Positions 11,045 to 22,656 are shown, numbered from the stretch's first letter. The stretch is DNA of 64,000 bases from Cyanidioschyzon merolae (GCA_000091205.1 AP006487.2), one strand, 5' to 3'. Notes: generated from the letters alone by a model not told the origin. Made by a program: numbers and translations.

Positions 11045-12355
11045 TTGCTCATGATAGACGCTGGAAGTGTCGATGGAGCCTCTGCGAACGATTCCGCTGA
11101 AGTCTACCCGCAACCGCACGCTGGTCTCAGCGATGCAGGTGTTGGACACAGTCGAGTACCCGGCCTGGAGCGTTGCACGTCGCCACCAGGGCAGACAGCA
11201 AAACCGATAAACTGCTTGGTTGTTGGTATGGCTGGGAGCGGTAAGTCGTCCCTGGTTTCGCGGTTGGTCTCGCACGCGAATGAAAAGCAGTGGGCCTGGA
11301 AAGCGATCAATCTCGACCCAGCTGTGCAGACGCTGTCGTTCCCAGCTGATCTGGATATCCGCGACACTGTGTCGTACTCGCGTGTCATGGAAGAGTACAG
11401 GCTCGGTCCGAATGGTGCAATTCTGACGGCGTTGAACCTTTTTGCAGCCCAGTTTGAGCGTGTACTCGATTTTATAGAGAGTGCTTGTGGTCCAAGTCGC
11501 GAAAATGCAACCGCGAATGAAAGCGACCAGGTGCTCGCGAGCTCGACGGCGCCACGTTTCATCTTCTTCGACACACCTGGGCAGATTGAAGCGTTTACCT
11601 GGTCTGCGTCAGGTATGATTGTGACGGAAACGCTGGCAGCGGTTGCCGAGTACCCCACTGTATTGCTGTATGTAGTGGACATTCCGCGCTGTGTTCGGAA
11701 CGTGCTCACATTTACGAGTAATATGCTCTACGCCTGTTCGATGTTGTACAGATCACGAATTCCTCTCCTTGTTTTGTGGAACAAGTGTGACTGTGTCTCC
11801 AGGGAGGAGGCAGATCGTTTAGGAACATGGATGCACGATTTTGAGGCTTTCGATGCAGCCCTCGAAGCCGGTAACGAAGCGAGCCGCACCCCTGGCGGCG
11901 GTGACTATGCGGTGAGTTTCTCACGTAGTCTCGCGCTAGCCCTGAACGAGTTCTATCAACAGGTCCCGTGCGTGTTTGTCAGCGCAACCACCGGCGAGGG
12001 TATGGATCGGCTCTTCGAATCGCTAGAGCACGCGCGAGTCGAGTACGAGCGCAGCGAATACCTCCAGCAAGTGCGTCAGCGGAAACGAGAACGTACAGCT
12101 GCTGAAGAACGCCGGCTGGAAAGGGAACGCCATCGTTTTCGGGCTGCGCATCGATCGACTGGAGATGGTGACAGCAACCAGGCGGGCGCCTCCGCCACGA
12201 CAGAGGCCACGAGCCGTGATCGTTTGCGCATGCGTCTGCAACGTGCTCAGCGGAACGGGTATCACGAGCACCAGGATGCTTCCCCTAATGAGGACGAGTC
12301 TGAAATGCGCCGACTTGCTGAGCGCTTTTCGCGAACGGGCCCGCGCTCCACCTGA
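11045..12355 (+). CDS. GPN1: GPN-loop GTPase 1 (XAB1/Npa3 family)
   Basis: P-loop CLVVGMAGSGKSS is present, as are NLDPAV and the signature YRLGPNGAILTALNLFA (the GPN loop). The C-terminal tail is long, charged and E/R-rich. Confidence 0.85.
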   Translation: MLMIDAGSVDGASANDSAEVYPQPHAGLSDAGVGHSRVPGLERCTSPPGQTAKPINCLVVGMAGSGKSSLVSRLVSHANEKQWAWKAINLDPAVQTLSFPADLDIRDTVSYSRVMEEYRLGPNGAILTALNLFAAQFERVLDFIESACGPSRENATANESDQVLASSTAPRFIFFDTPGQIEAFTWSASGMIVTETLAAVAEYPTVLLYVVDIPRCVRNVLTFTSNMLYACSMLYRSRIPLLVLWNKCDCVSREEADRLGTWMHDFEAFDAALEAGNEASRTPGGGDYAVSFSRSLALALNEFYQQVPCVFVSATTGEGMDRLFESLEHARVEYERSEYLQQVRQRKRERTAAEERRLERERHRFRAAHRSTGDGDSNQAGASATTEATSRDRLRMRLQRAQRNGYHEHQDASPNEDESEMRRLAERFSRTGPRST

Positions 12356-13132
12356 TGGAAATGCGGTTGCGGAGCTGGCTCTGTCGATGCCCGCTGCTAC
12401 GTGTGTGTGTGAACGCGCGCGCCCAGCCCCCGGACCAGGCAGGCCGTATACGCGTTCGGTGTCCATCGCAAAGTGCACCGGCACCGGCACCGGCGAGTCT
12501 CCCGCAGAGTCCCACAGCGAACGAGCACCAAGCAAGCGTCGCCCCGTACTCTGGTTTGGTCTCAAGTCCATGTGCGGGGCGCTGGTACAACGAGCGCTCT
12601 TCGTTCGAGGGCGCAAATATGCGCTTGCGCGCAGTCGCCTCGACCGTGGTTCGATACTGCCCACGGTGTCTGTTCGCGAGCGCTGCGAATACCCTGAAAG
12701 CGCCTGATACGCGATAGGTGGCGCCATGCGGGCTTCATCGGCGCCGCACAGGCGCTGCGTGCGCGTACCCGAATGGCGAGCGTGCAGGGCGGCAGCGGTA
12801 CGCTGCTGGCGCACGATAATCGCTCAAGGCGCTCCGCTACAGCGCGCGTGCAGTGACGTGTCCTGTGCGTGTCTTTGGTATGCGACACGCATTGGCAGTG
12901 CGCGTGCATGCGCGATGCGTGTCGCTGTCCTCGTTGGTAGAGCTGGTGGAGTCTCCTTTTGGTGTCTGCTGGGGATTTCTCCATTCAAGGGGGTCTTGCA
13001 TTCACTTGGGGCGAATATCGAGTTCATAGCGTCTATGACCCGAACCGGCGCCGCCTAGTGAGCGATGTGATTGCGGAATCGCCATGTGCTGGACGTGCGT
13101 GGTTGCGGCTCGGCGAGCAGCTGGGGGCATCC

Positions 13133-15190
13133 CTAGAACTCTGCAGAGTCCAAGCAGTCGTCCGCGTCAGACGCCATGAAGTCTGTATCGCACGCTGCGT
13201 GTGCGTCCAGGTCATTGACGCGGTGCATCCAACGATCGAGCGCGGTTTGTGCTGGCACGTGGGATTTCGGCGATGAGGTTACTTTTCCTCTGGATTCGCG
13301 GCTTTCAGTATTCTTCGTCTTCGATGCGGCACGGCGGCGCTGTAATTGCTCTAGATAAGCATCGTGTGTGGATGGTTTCCCTTTTTTAGACCAGGCCGCC
13401 TTGGGGAGTCGGCCGGCTCGGGATGGACGAGGCGAATCATCTGAGGCGCTCTGGGGAGCCTCCAGTGCTCGCGGTCTATTTTCGTCCTGCACAAAAATGC
13501 TGTCTCCTGCATAGAGCATGGTTGCCGCATCGGAAACGAGCCGGAGGGCGGCTCGCTGACGTTTGGTGCTCATTTCTCCTCGGCCGCTGCTAGTTTGGCG
13601 CAAAGTTGCCAAAGCTTTCTCGAGCGCAGGTGCGGCGGGTACCGCGTTGGCCGCATCCGATTTAGAAGCACGTTTGCGTGTTGGTTTGGTGGGCATGGGA
13701 TGCATCTCAAAGCGGACTCGTTTCGAGTGCCGCTTGTGGGTGTGCAGTGCCGTCGATGCTGTAGCTGCATCCTTGGATTCAGATTTCAGCTCACCGACTG
13801 TGCTGACGCTCTCCGTGCATGTGGTGTTGATAGATTCTTCTCCAGAGGCGCCCGGCGACAAAGGTTCTGCGGACTTGCGTTGAATCTTTTGCCGTCCGCG
13901 TTGTTCTGTGCCTGTCGTTGTTTCGCTCGCGCTTGGGGCTTGCTCCGCTCCCCTTCTGGGACGACGCTTATTCTGAGAAGCGCCTGAAGTTCGGCTCGCT
14001 GATGGTGAACTGGATGCAGGCATCATCTTGATCTTTCCTGATGCTGGATCTAAACTGCTTTGGAAGTGCTCGCGTGTTGCCGGGGTCATGCGATCATGCA
14101 GTGGCATCATCACAGACGCAGCCGCAGCGTCACCAGAGAATGGATCCTCTGTAGCGCGTTGCCCGCACTGGGAAGCGCTTGCTCTATTCGGGTCCCGCGA
14201 CGACGTTTTCCGCTTGTTGGCGGATGCAGCATGAGCCACTCGATGCGAGGAGGCAACCATGTTCTCGAATTCGCTGCGGGTGCCTTTTTCGCAGCTTTTG
14301 CTGTTGCTCGCTTCCGCGCTGTTTGAACTATCAACGGGTTGTTTGCGCGGACGCCCCCTTTTCCGTCTTGTCGGCGAGCGGAGCGGTAGGGTCGCAACCT
14401 CAGACCCAACTATAGCTGAGGCAGTTTGCAGAGACCCTGTTCGGCTTCTCGTTCCGCTCGCACCCAGGATGAGGTCGGGGTGGTGGAAACGGACGCGAAC
14501 AAGCTGCTCTAACAGTCGCCGCGCTTCGCGAGAGATCGATTGCGGTATCTTGCGCATCTGCTCTGCGGTATTGCTGGCCACGGGCCAGTCCGACGGGTTC
14601 TGCTTCGTGGCTGGGGTCTCGCCGGTGAGCTCCTCATCCACTACGAGCAGTGGGCCGCGCTGGTGCGAACGCGTTCGCGTCGCATGCGGCCTCGCTGCCC
14701 GCCGGCTTTCCAAGTCGACTTGATTCCGTACCTCCCGCCAGGAACGATAGCCTTCGATCAAAATCTCACGCCAGTTTTTCGGAAACGCTGTCCCTTTCCC
14801 ATCATTTACGCTTTGAAAGGCGCGGACGGTCGCAACAGGCCACCCGGCAGTGACCATGTGCGCCGCACGCATCCGGCCGCAGAGACGGTACCGAGAACCA
14901 GACTCGGTCTCGATGACTGTATATTCGCGCCCGTCTGTCTGCACGTCCACTACAGCCGAAGTTTGCCACAGCAACGATGCATCCAGAGGCGGTGCAGGAA
15001 CACCAGCGGCGTTCGATTCCGCCGCCGCTTCCCGCGTGCCCCACACTGTAAAATATGTGTTTTGTTTCTTTGCTGTCGTCGAGACATTCTCTCGATCTTC
15101 ATCTGAAATTCTATCGTCTTCAGCAAGGACAGGCTCAAGGAACCAGTCGTAGATCGGGGGAAACTCCATCACCACACGTCTACCAGGCAA
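13133..15190 (-). CDS. SANTA-domain protein; candidate KNL2/Mis18BP1-like CenH3-loading factor
   Basis: The N-terminus reads IYDWFLEPV...YFTVWGTRE...LWQTSAVVDVQTDGREYTVIETESGSRYRLCGRM...AFPKNW. It matches SANTA landmarks: LxDW, GxR, W-(S/T)S-x-I/V, TxSGSxYxLxG and (G)FPxxW. The remainder is S/K/R-rich and disordered. It includes RPSRAGRLPKAAW, which resembles the CENPC-k pattern RxSxRxxxxPxxxW. Confidence 0.45.
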   Translation of the reverse strand: MPGRRVVMEFPPIYDWFLEPVLAEDDRISDEDRENVSTTAKKQNTYFTVWGTREAAAESNAAGVPAPPLDASLLWQTSAVVDVQTDGREYTVIETESGSRYRLCGRMRAAHMVTAGWPVATVRAFQSVNDGKGTAFPKNWREILIEGYRSWREVRNQVDLESRRAARPHATRTRSHQRGPLLVVDEELTGETPATKQNPSDWPVASNTAEQMRKIPQSISREARRLLEQLVRVRFHHPDLILGASGTRSRTGSLQTASAIVGSEVATLPLRSPTRRKRGRPRKQPVDSSNSAEASNSKSCEKGTRSEFENMVASSHRVAHAASANKRKTSSRDPNRASASQCGQRATEDPFSGDAAAASVMMPLHDRMTPATREHFQSSLDPASGKIKMMPASSSPSASRTSGASQNKRRPRRGAEQAPSASETTTGTEQRGRQKIQRKSAEPLSPGASGEESINTTCTESVSTVGELKSESKDAATASTALHTHKRHSKRVRFEMHPMPTKPTRKRASKSDAANAVPAAPALEKALATLRQTSSGRGEMSTKRQRAALRLVSDAATMLYAGDSIFVQDENRPRALEAPQSASDDSPRPSRAGRLPKAAWSKKGKPSTHDAYLEQLQRRRAASKTKNTESRESRGKVTSSPKSHVPAQTALDRWMHRVNDLDAHAACDTDFMASDADDCLDSAEF

Positions 15191-16522
15191 AGAGAGGCAG
15201 TTGTTACCGCGTGCGCGCGCGCGCGGATGCTTCCACAGCGTCGAAGATAGAGGATTTTTAAATTGACATTGGCCAGCGTTTCCAGAGACTGTGCCCCATT
15301 TTTTTCTTTTCTTTCTCTGTCAGCGCGCAGTGAGGCATCCAACAAACCCCCTACTTCCATATTCCATAACATATACTTCTTCTCGAGTATACAGGTCGTT
15401 TCATACATACAATCGTGATGGTAGTGCCTGCAGAATGAACCCGCCATAGCGCCGGTAGCGCCGGTGCAGATGCATCACCTACATACAGAACGGCTTTTCC
15501 ATACCACTGAGGCCGACGGTAATAGCGGCACAACGCGCTTCGCAGCAGGCACTCATGGTGAGCGCGACATGCACCAGGTCGGTGAAAAAACTACCATCAA
15601 CTCAGAGGAATCACGTACTGGGGATGCGTTGCCTAGGCGCGAAACTACAGGGACCGTTGCCTCTTTCTGGGTCTCTGGTGGCAATGGCGCATCCGTGGGA
15701 GACCTGATCAGACTCATGGGATTCGCGCCATAAAAAATGCATAGATCGAGGCAGATTCCCGCCACGGGGCTTGTCTATTTACCGCACGTATCATCGAAGA
15801 AGCACGTTGCCGACGGACTTATGATAGCGCATCACAAGTCGCGCAAGATTGCTTTTCGGGGCCGTATCGCTACGCTGTCGGGCGTATTCAGCAGATCCCA
15901 CCAGTTCTGGAAGCACGGTCAGTCGTTTGCTGTACCGTACTGCGCCCGGCGAAAAGACGCGCGCGGGTGTACCCGCTTGCCATGCACAACGCGAGATCGA
16001 GATATCTAACCAGAACCAGACGGATGTGCAAAAACAGCGGGACATCGGGCAAAAGTCTTCCACTGTTCCGCGAGAGCTCCCGTCTTTGTCAGCTTTTGTT
16101 TGCAAGTCTCTGGGGGTTCAGCGACCCTGCGAGACCCGAACCTTCTGAAGCCTCCACGTGAAGCCTGGTCCGATACTTGTTGCAATCACGTGCATCATCT
16201 CGACACTCACGATCAATAAGCTCAATAGTCTGCGTCGGGGTCACAGAACTCGTCGACTCTACATAAGAAAACGGAAACGCTGGCATGCAGTCCGTTTCAA
16301 CACTCCCGCGACCGATGCAGCCCCACAGGGCGGCTCGTCTGCAACGTCGCCCGCTCCACTGACGACGAGCTCGACGTCAGCCACTTGAGTTCAGGTGTTG
16401 GTACTTGGTGGCCTCTGCGGCCGTTTATGCCTCAACGGAAGCCAAAAGAAACTTGATGACACTGAGTACAGCTTCTTGAATAGGGGTTTTGCTGTTGACT
16501 GTTTGCCTCGCGTCCGAGCTCG

Positions 16523-17939
16523 ATGCTGTGTTCTCGTGGCACTGCCGTTCAGCGTCTTCGTGGACTAGCGGGACTCTTTCACAGCGTTCGTCCGCTCTCC
16601 AGCACGGGCAGCGCAGTGCAAGACGAGGATGTTTACATTCTTTCTTTCGCAAGAACGCCTATCGGCTCTTTCGGTGGCAAGCTTGCTCACTTGACAGCCG
16701 TTGAACTGGGGGTTATTGCGGTGAACGCTGCACTCGCGCGAGCTGCACGTCTGGAGCCGGACCTGGTCACGGACTGCTACCTGGGGCAGGTGCTTACAGC
16801 TGGCTGTGGCCAGTCGCCTGCACGTCAGGTTGCACTCCGAGCCAACTTGCCGGAAACGGTACGCTGCCTCACAGTCAATAAGGTGTGTGCGAGCGGCATG
16901 AAGGCAATCACTTTAGCGTATGATGCAATCCGGCTGGGACACGCTGAAATCGTTGTTGCCGGTGGCATGGAGAGCATGAGTAATGCACCCTTCTATCTAA
17001 TGGAAAACGAGCAGTTGTTGAGTCGGCGCAAGTATCTCATTCGAGGCCGCCTCGCTCGGGAGCTCGGCAACCGCGTGCTCTACGACGGACTGCTCCTGGA
17101 CGGGCTCCTGGACAGCTACAGCCGGCGGGGTTCGTTGAAAGGCGCATCAACGGCAGTTGGCGCTGAAGAAGACAACGCTGACGCAGGCTATCCCATGAGT
17201 TACTACGCGGATCGTTTGGCGTCGAACATGGGTATTCTGCGTGAAGAGCAGGACAACTTTGCCGTGCATAGCTACTCGCGCGCCGCCAAAGCGACTGCAC
17301 AGCAGCTTTTTGCCAAAGAGATCGTGCCCGTAGAGCTGCCTACCGAGTTTGCGACGCACTCATCCCCGGAACGCTTCTCGGACTCTAGTAGAACTACGTC
17401 TGGGGGCCCGGACACCGAAACCCATGGCACCATTGTGAGTCCCGAGCACCTTGCCCTGCTCAAGAGCGATGAAGAGCTCGAACGACTCGAGCAGATTGAT
17501 CGGATGCCGAGGCTGGCGCCGCTGTTTCCCGGCGCTCGCCCGTCGGGTGCCAAAGGTGGCCCAGAGGGACCCGCTGGCGGCACGATCACTGCAGGAAACG
17601 CTTCTAAGCTAAGCGACGGAGCAGCAGCGCTGGTCTTGGCCTCAGGACGAGCTGTTCGTCGATATAACTTGCTGCCGCTAGCGCGCATGCTTTCGCATGG
17701 TGATGCTGAGCAAGACCCGGAACGCTTTGCCACGACACCGGCGTTGGCGTTACCGCTCGCGCTCTCCAGGGCCGGCCTGAAGCTCTCGAACCTCGACTAC
17801 CTGGAGATCAATGAGGCCTTCGCCTGCGTCCCCATTATGGTACTAAGGTTGCTTGCCGCAACACATGCAGCAGAGGGAGCTTTTCTGGATCCAGTACGAG
17901 CGCGCGCCGCAGCTGCTGTGAGCGCAAGCGCTTCCAGTT

Positions 17940-17977
<38 letters not shown>

Positions 17978-18277
17978 CTTCCTCGTTCGTTGGGATCAGC
18001 AGGTACGGGAACCAGTGCTGGTGGCGTCTCTGCACCAACGGGTCTCAGCTCGAGTGCCGCTCTACCGGATATCATCAGCAGTGAGCACGTCAACGCCTGG
18101 GGTGGTGCGATTGCGCTCGGGCACCCATTGGGCTGCTCTGGAGCGCGCATTGTGGTGACCCTCACGAACATCCTGCGCAGTCGGACGGCTCGGTACGGTG
18201 CTGCAACGATCTGCAACGGCGGCGGTGGCGCGACTGCCCTAGTTCTCGAGCGGGTAGATATGACGAGCGGCGGTTGA
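16523..18277 (+). CDS. acetyl-CoA C-acetyltransferase (thiolase II) with low-complexity insertions
   Basis: The N-terminus has VYILSFARTPIGSFGGKL, the catalytic-Cys region is NKVCASGMKAI, and the C-terminus has GHPLGCSGARIV and CNGGGGATALVLE. At 584 aa it is about 190 aa longer than the usual ~395 aa. The excess comes from inserts, including poly-Ala encoded by (GCA)n near 17940-17975. Confidence 0.85.
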
Positions 18278-18742
18278 AACTGGGCCAAGCATCTGATCAA
18301 GATGGATCCCGCGTCGCCATATGCACATCGCCAGCTTCCCTACGGTGCGTAAATGCCGCCGCTACGCATACGGTGCGAAACCTTACTGGGCGGCTCCTCA
18401 ACCAGCGGAATCTAGCAAATGGATGCAGTCTTTACTTTGGATATTCTGTGGGTGAATTCTCGTTGATTCGCGTCACGCTGACCGGTTCCCTAGGCTATAT
18501 ACCGATGTGGCGATCTGGAACACCGCGTCCTGGCAAGCGCATACCTGAGCCCATGAATCGATAGATGGAGAGCACGCTACGGAGATCTCTTCAGCGGTCG
18601 GTATGGAAAAACGCGCGTTCGTTTCCGGAGCGCCGCTGACGTCCAAGCTGCTGGTATGCAGTTTACCCGCCCAGCTGCCAGAAGCCAGTTGCCACAGGCG
18701 CTGGCGCCACTGGTCGGCATGGCTGCCTCCGGAGTCGCCGCT

Positions 18743-21700
18743 TCACTCGTATTCGGATGCAGCTTGTGGTGTTTCCGTAGACGCAACCTGCGATACCGTT
18801 TCAGGCCAGATCACTTCCAGTATAGGCGCGTAAGTGTGCGCCAAATGCATTCCCAAGTGTTGAATTTGGCTGTGGAAATGCCTGAGCTCCTCATGCCAAG
18901 TGCCAAAAACGCGATACGTCGCAGGGAGCTCCCTGACTTGCCGTGCACTCAACAACTCGGCAAGGCGCCTCTCCAGCAATGTATCTAGCGCATCTGCTTC
19001 TACCTGCGCCGCTCGCAGACGACGGATAATCTCTGTTCTCGCAGCGACGTCGAGGTCCAGCGATACCAGGGTGCATTCGATGGCATCAAGGATGCGTTCG
19101 GCGACGTTCGAAGTATTCAGGCCGTGCCCACTTGCCTTGATGGCAGCGTGCAGCGCGCTCCAAACCTCATCTGGCTGAGCGCCGAGATTTGCTCCTGTGT
19201 ACACGCAGTGGCGCGTACGCAGGAGCATCGCCGCTTTCTCGACAAGACACCTGCCTGCGTTTCGCCATGAGAGGAGACGATCCCGATCCAGGAGGAGCAT
19301 CTCGGGGATTTGCTCGGGGCTCAGCAGGCTCTCCGCCTCGGGGTGTGTAAACGTCCAGATCAGTACACGCTGCAGCGTGAATCCCAGCGTTGTCATCAGA
19401 TCCCGCTGCGTTCGTCGATGCGGGTTCAGCAAAGGTCTAGTGCCCGCGGTAGCCGATTCTGCGTCGATCCTCGGAGCGGGCATCTTGGCGCCTTCTGAAC
19501 CAGACTGGATGCCAGCGGACGCGCCGAAAGTCGCTAACCACTGACGACTTCGGGGCAGGCCCGGGAACTTGTTCATCATGACAGCGTACTCCCGCGCAGG
19601 CCCAAACTGCTGAACCAGCGGTATCATGCGCTCGATCCGAGCGATACGCAAATCTCGTTGACGATCCTCAATGAGATCGAACAGCTCCTCCCAGACATGC
19701 ACGATGGCATCTTCGATCAACGAATGCTGATTGATGCGCTCCTGCAGGGCTTTTGCGACCGCGTGCCGCGTCGGCGGCCGTAGCACCGCCTTCTCCCCGG
19801 TGACTCCAGCGGCACGATCGGCTGCTGGTGCCCATGCTTGCACGAGTGACGCGTCCTTAGCCGGCATCTGGACCAGGAAAAGAACCTGCACGGCAATAAA
19901 GATGATATGCGCGAGCGACTCCAGTGCGACTTGGCGTAGCAGCGTCTGATTCGATGTCGATGTCGTCGAGTTCTCTGCCTCGATGAGCGCTTCCAGGCGT
20001 TGACGCCAATAAGACGGATCCAGTTCTCTGTCGATTACATCATGCATCCGCTCGACCTCGGCAGCGTAGAGCGTACGGCGTTGCCGTTGTGGATCCTCTG
20101 CAGGGAAATCGTCCTCTCGCCGAGCGGATAACGACGATGATTGGGGCGTTTTCGAGGGTGGCGGCGGCGGCAGCAACTGCCGCAAGACCTCCCGCAGATC
20201 GCGCACTGCATCCACGAAGAGGGTTACGTAGGCCTTACAAACAAGCGCCTCGCGAAAACGATCAAAATAAGCTTTGCGTAGCCAGCAGTGGATACGCCTC
20301 GAGAGCGCGCTTGGAATCGGCCAGGCGGCAGCGCATGAACTTTGCACCCGTTCGCGGAAAGATGGCAAGTCCACCAGGATTTCGTGCGCGAGAACAGTGT
20401 TCACGTCGAGACCAGCGGCTGCTACTTGGTTGGTATCGCGCACCAGTCCGGAGACGGCGTCCAGTTCGGCTGTTAGGGCGCCGGGCTCTGTCTCCGGCGC
20501 CGCAGAGACCAACCGAGTTGCCAGCCGCTGGACATAGCGCTCGGCCTGGACACCGCCGACGAGTCTCGTCATTTCATGCAGCCGGTCTTGTAACTGGTTG
20601 ACTTCGCGCTCCCAGTATCCGATCGTCTGGTTTGCCACTGTCGCCGATTGATGTGTTGTCGCGCTCCTGACAGTACCGCGTAGCTTGTCCAATGCGGCGA
20701 GTTCGTGGGCGAGTCCCTCGAGAAGCTGCGCCGCATCCCTGCGTTTCCACGCAATGAAGGCTCGTTTCCAGCATCGCCAGGACTGGACGAATCCAGCAAT
20801 GTTCCGCTCAAACTGGTTGTCAGTACGGGGTTTGGTGGCAGCAGCAGCAGCAAGCTGTGCAAAGCGATCTACCAAATTGCGTGCGAAAGCACACAGATGC
20901 TCCGCTGTTTGGTCGCCCAGCGCATATTCTGGGAACCTGTGCACCAGGAACGAGGCCAGGAACACCCGTCCATCACCTCGGCTGTGAAGCCTGCATTCAG
21001 AGGGTGCTGCCGAGTTTGCCGCATCCATCGCAATCAGTGCACGCTCCTGGGCCTGAATCCAACCTGTGAGCGCTTTCAAAAGCTGATCAGCATGCTGAAT
21101 ACATGCCGGTACCTGTAGATGTTCTCTGGTGGCCTCCTCGAACGATATTCCAGCCCGTAAAGGAAAGCCCGCTCTATGTAGATAGCAACATGCTGCGGCG
21201 GCAATTTCGAGCTCCTGACAAGGCACCGCATGCGTTGCCTGACGAGCTGGAGGCTCTGGCCGTGAGCACGACTCTTCTGCGCTCTCATTCTGGTTTGCAC
21301 TTTCCCTCGATTTTCTTGTTGCGTTCGCCTGCGATCCACGGAGTTCTGGCGAAATCCTCTGCTCCGATATAGGGTAAGCGGACGCGCTTTCCAAATACGT
21401 CGCGGAAGCTGAATCCGGGTGAGGAGACGCTCGCTCGGCAAGCTCTTTGGACGATGTATCAGTTTGCACGGCATCGTCCGTTTCTGGGTAACGACCCTGA
21501 CCGCGACACTGAGACGGGCTACCATCGCCGGGTACTATCGCCAGGCGGCGGTGCAGCGCTCTCGACGCGTTACGCACCCTTCTGGCGTTACGGACTCGCT
21601 CTCGCTCCCGCTTCACGGCCGCTGCCTCCATGGCACGCTCTTTGGCTAACCATTGATGTCGATAACGTTCTGCGAGCGCTGTGCGAGCTTCAGCTGCCTT

Positions 21701-22369
21701 GAGCAGCACTCTTTTCCAATGTTGGCGAACTCGCTCTTGTCTATACCGTTGTTTCTCCTCTCGGCGGCGGGCTGCAGCCTCAAGCTCTGCCTGAAGTGCA
21801 TCAAGAGAAACTCTGCCTTCGAAAGAGTGGCTTGCTGAGAGCCATAACTGACGCCGCCGTTGCGCACTGCCGCTCCGTGGCGACTCGGTCACGAAGCAAC
21901 GACGTCGCTTGTCAGCTGAGGCCGGCCGCTTCTCGGCCTTTTCGGGAGATTCAACGAGACGAGGCAATAGAAGGCAACGACGCTGCGGATGAGCGTCGTT
22001 CCCGAGCCTGTCGTTGGTGTTGCGCCCAACGCCTTCGCCTGGGCTAGAAACGCCGCTGCTCCAGGGTTCACTAGCGCGCCCGGGAGTAGTGCATGGCGAG
22101 CACCAGGAAACCTGAGAGTCTGCTGCCTCTTTCGCAAGCGATGATTCACTTCCGTATTTCTCCTTTCGATCCAAACACCATTCGATAATCCATTCGTTGC
22201 TCTGTGTGTCCATGCTTCGAGAACTCCCGTTCCGTTCCAGGCGATAATGCTCACGAATGAACAACCGATGCGGTAGCGATTCGCGGTGTCTCCCATTGGC
22301 CTGCGCAACGGCCGTGTGACAGCCGCCATTGCCAAGCGCCCGTGACAGAATAGGCCGCAATCCCGCCAC
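18743..22369 (-). CDS. large orphan protein (1208 aa), coiled-coil-rich N-terminal third
   Basis: A single uninterrupted ORF. It contains a charged heptad-like region REEKQRYRQERVRQHWKR...RERERVRNARR. I cannot assign a family by eye. Confidence 0.4.
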   Translation of the reverse strand: MAGLRPILSRALGNGGCHTAVAQANGRHRESLPHRLFIREHYRLERNGSSRSMDTQSNEWIIEWCLDRKEKYGSESSLAKEAADSQVSWCSPCTTPGRASEPWSSGVSSPGEGVGRNTNDRLGNDAHPQRRCLLLPRLVESPEKAEKRPASADKRRRCFVTESPRSGSAQRRRQLWLSASHSFEGRVSLDALQAELEAAARRREEKQRYRQERVRQHWKRVLLKAAEARTALAERYRHQWLAKERAMEAAAVKRERERVRNARRVRNASRALHRRLAIVPGDGSPSQCRGQGRYPETDDAVQTDTSSKELAERASPHPDSASATYLESASAYPISEQRISPELRGSQANATRKSRESANQNESAEESCSRPEPPARQATHAVPCQELEIAAAACCYLHRAGFPLRAGISFEEATREHLQVPACIQHADQLLKALTGWIQAQERALIAMDAANSAAPSECRLHSRGDGRVFLASFLVHRFPEYALGDQTAEHLCAFARNLVDRFAQLAAAAATKPRTDNQFERNIAGFVQSWRCWKRAFIAWKRRDAAQLLEGLAHELAALDKLRGTVRSATTHQSATVANQTIGYWEREVNQLQDRLHEMTRLVGGVQAERYVQRLATRLVSAAPETEPGALTAELDAVSGLVRDTNQVAAAGLDVNTVLAHEILVDLPSFRERVQSSCAAAWPIPSALSRRIHCWLRKAYFDRFREALVCKAYVTLFVDAVRDLREVLRQLLPPPPPSKTPQSSSLSARREDDFPAEDPQRQRRTLYAAEVERMHDVIDRELDPSYWRQRLEALIEAENSTTSTSNQTLLRQVALESLAHIIFIAVQVLFLVQMPAKDASLVQAWAPAADRAAGVTGEKAVLRPPTRHAVAKALQERINQHSLIEDAIVHVWEELFDLIEDRQRDLRIARIERMIPLVQQFGPAREYAVMMNKFPGLPRSRQWLATFGASAGIQSGSEGAKMPAPRIDAESATAGTRPLLNPHRRTQRDLMTTLGFTLQRVLIWTFTHPEAESLLSPEQIPEMLLLDRDRLLSWRNAGRCLVEKAAMLLRTRHCVYTGANLGAQPDEVWSALHAAIKASGHGLNTSNVAERILDAIECTLVSLDLDVAARTEIIRRLRAAQVEADALDTLLERRLAELLSARQVRELPATYRVFGTWHEELRHFHSQIQHLGMHLAHTYAPILEVIWPETVSQVASTETPQAASEYE

Positions 22370-22656
22370 AGCAGGCGCCGGCCGTCAACGGCAATCTGCA
22401 GCGATGCATGTCGCTCTGTTTGTGACCGTGACATCATGGATGATGCCTGCCCGCCCCCGACCCGCTCCTCCGAGACCTCGATCCGATTGCCACGTCGCCT
22501 CGGCGATCGGAACATCCCAGCAACAACATCGAAAACTATCGCCGGTTAATATCGAGCACTTTATGAAGCGCACCTTTTGGACGTTGTACGCGCAGTAGCC
22601 TCACATTTACTAGCACATGCGCTTGGAAACTGATTGAATCGATACCCGGGTTTTCG

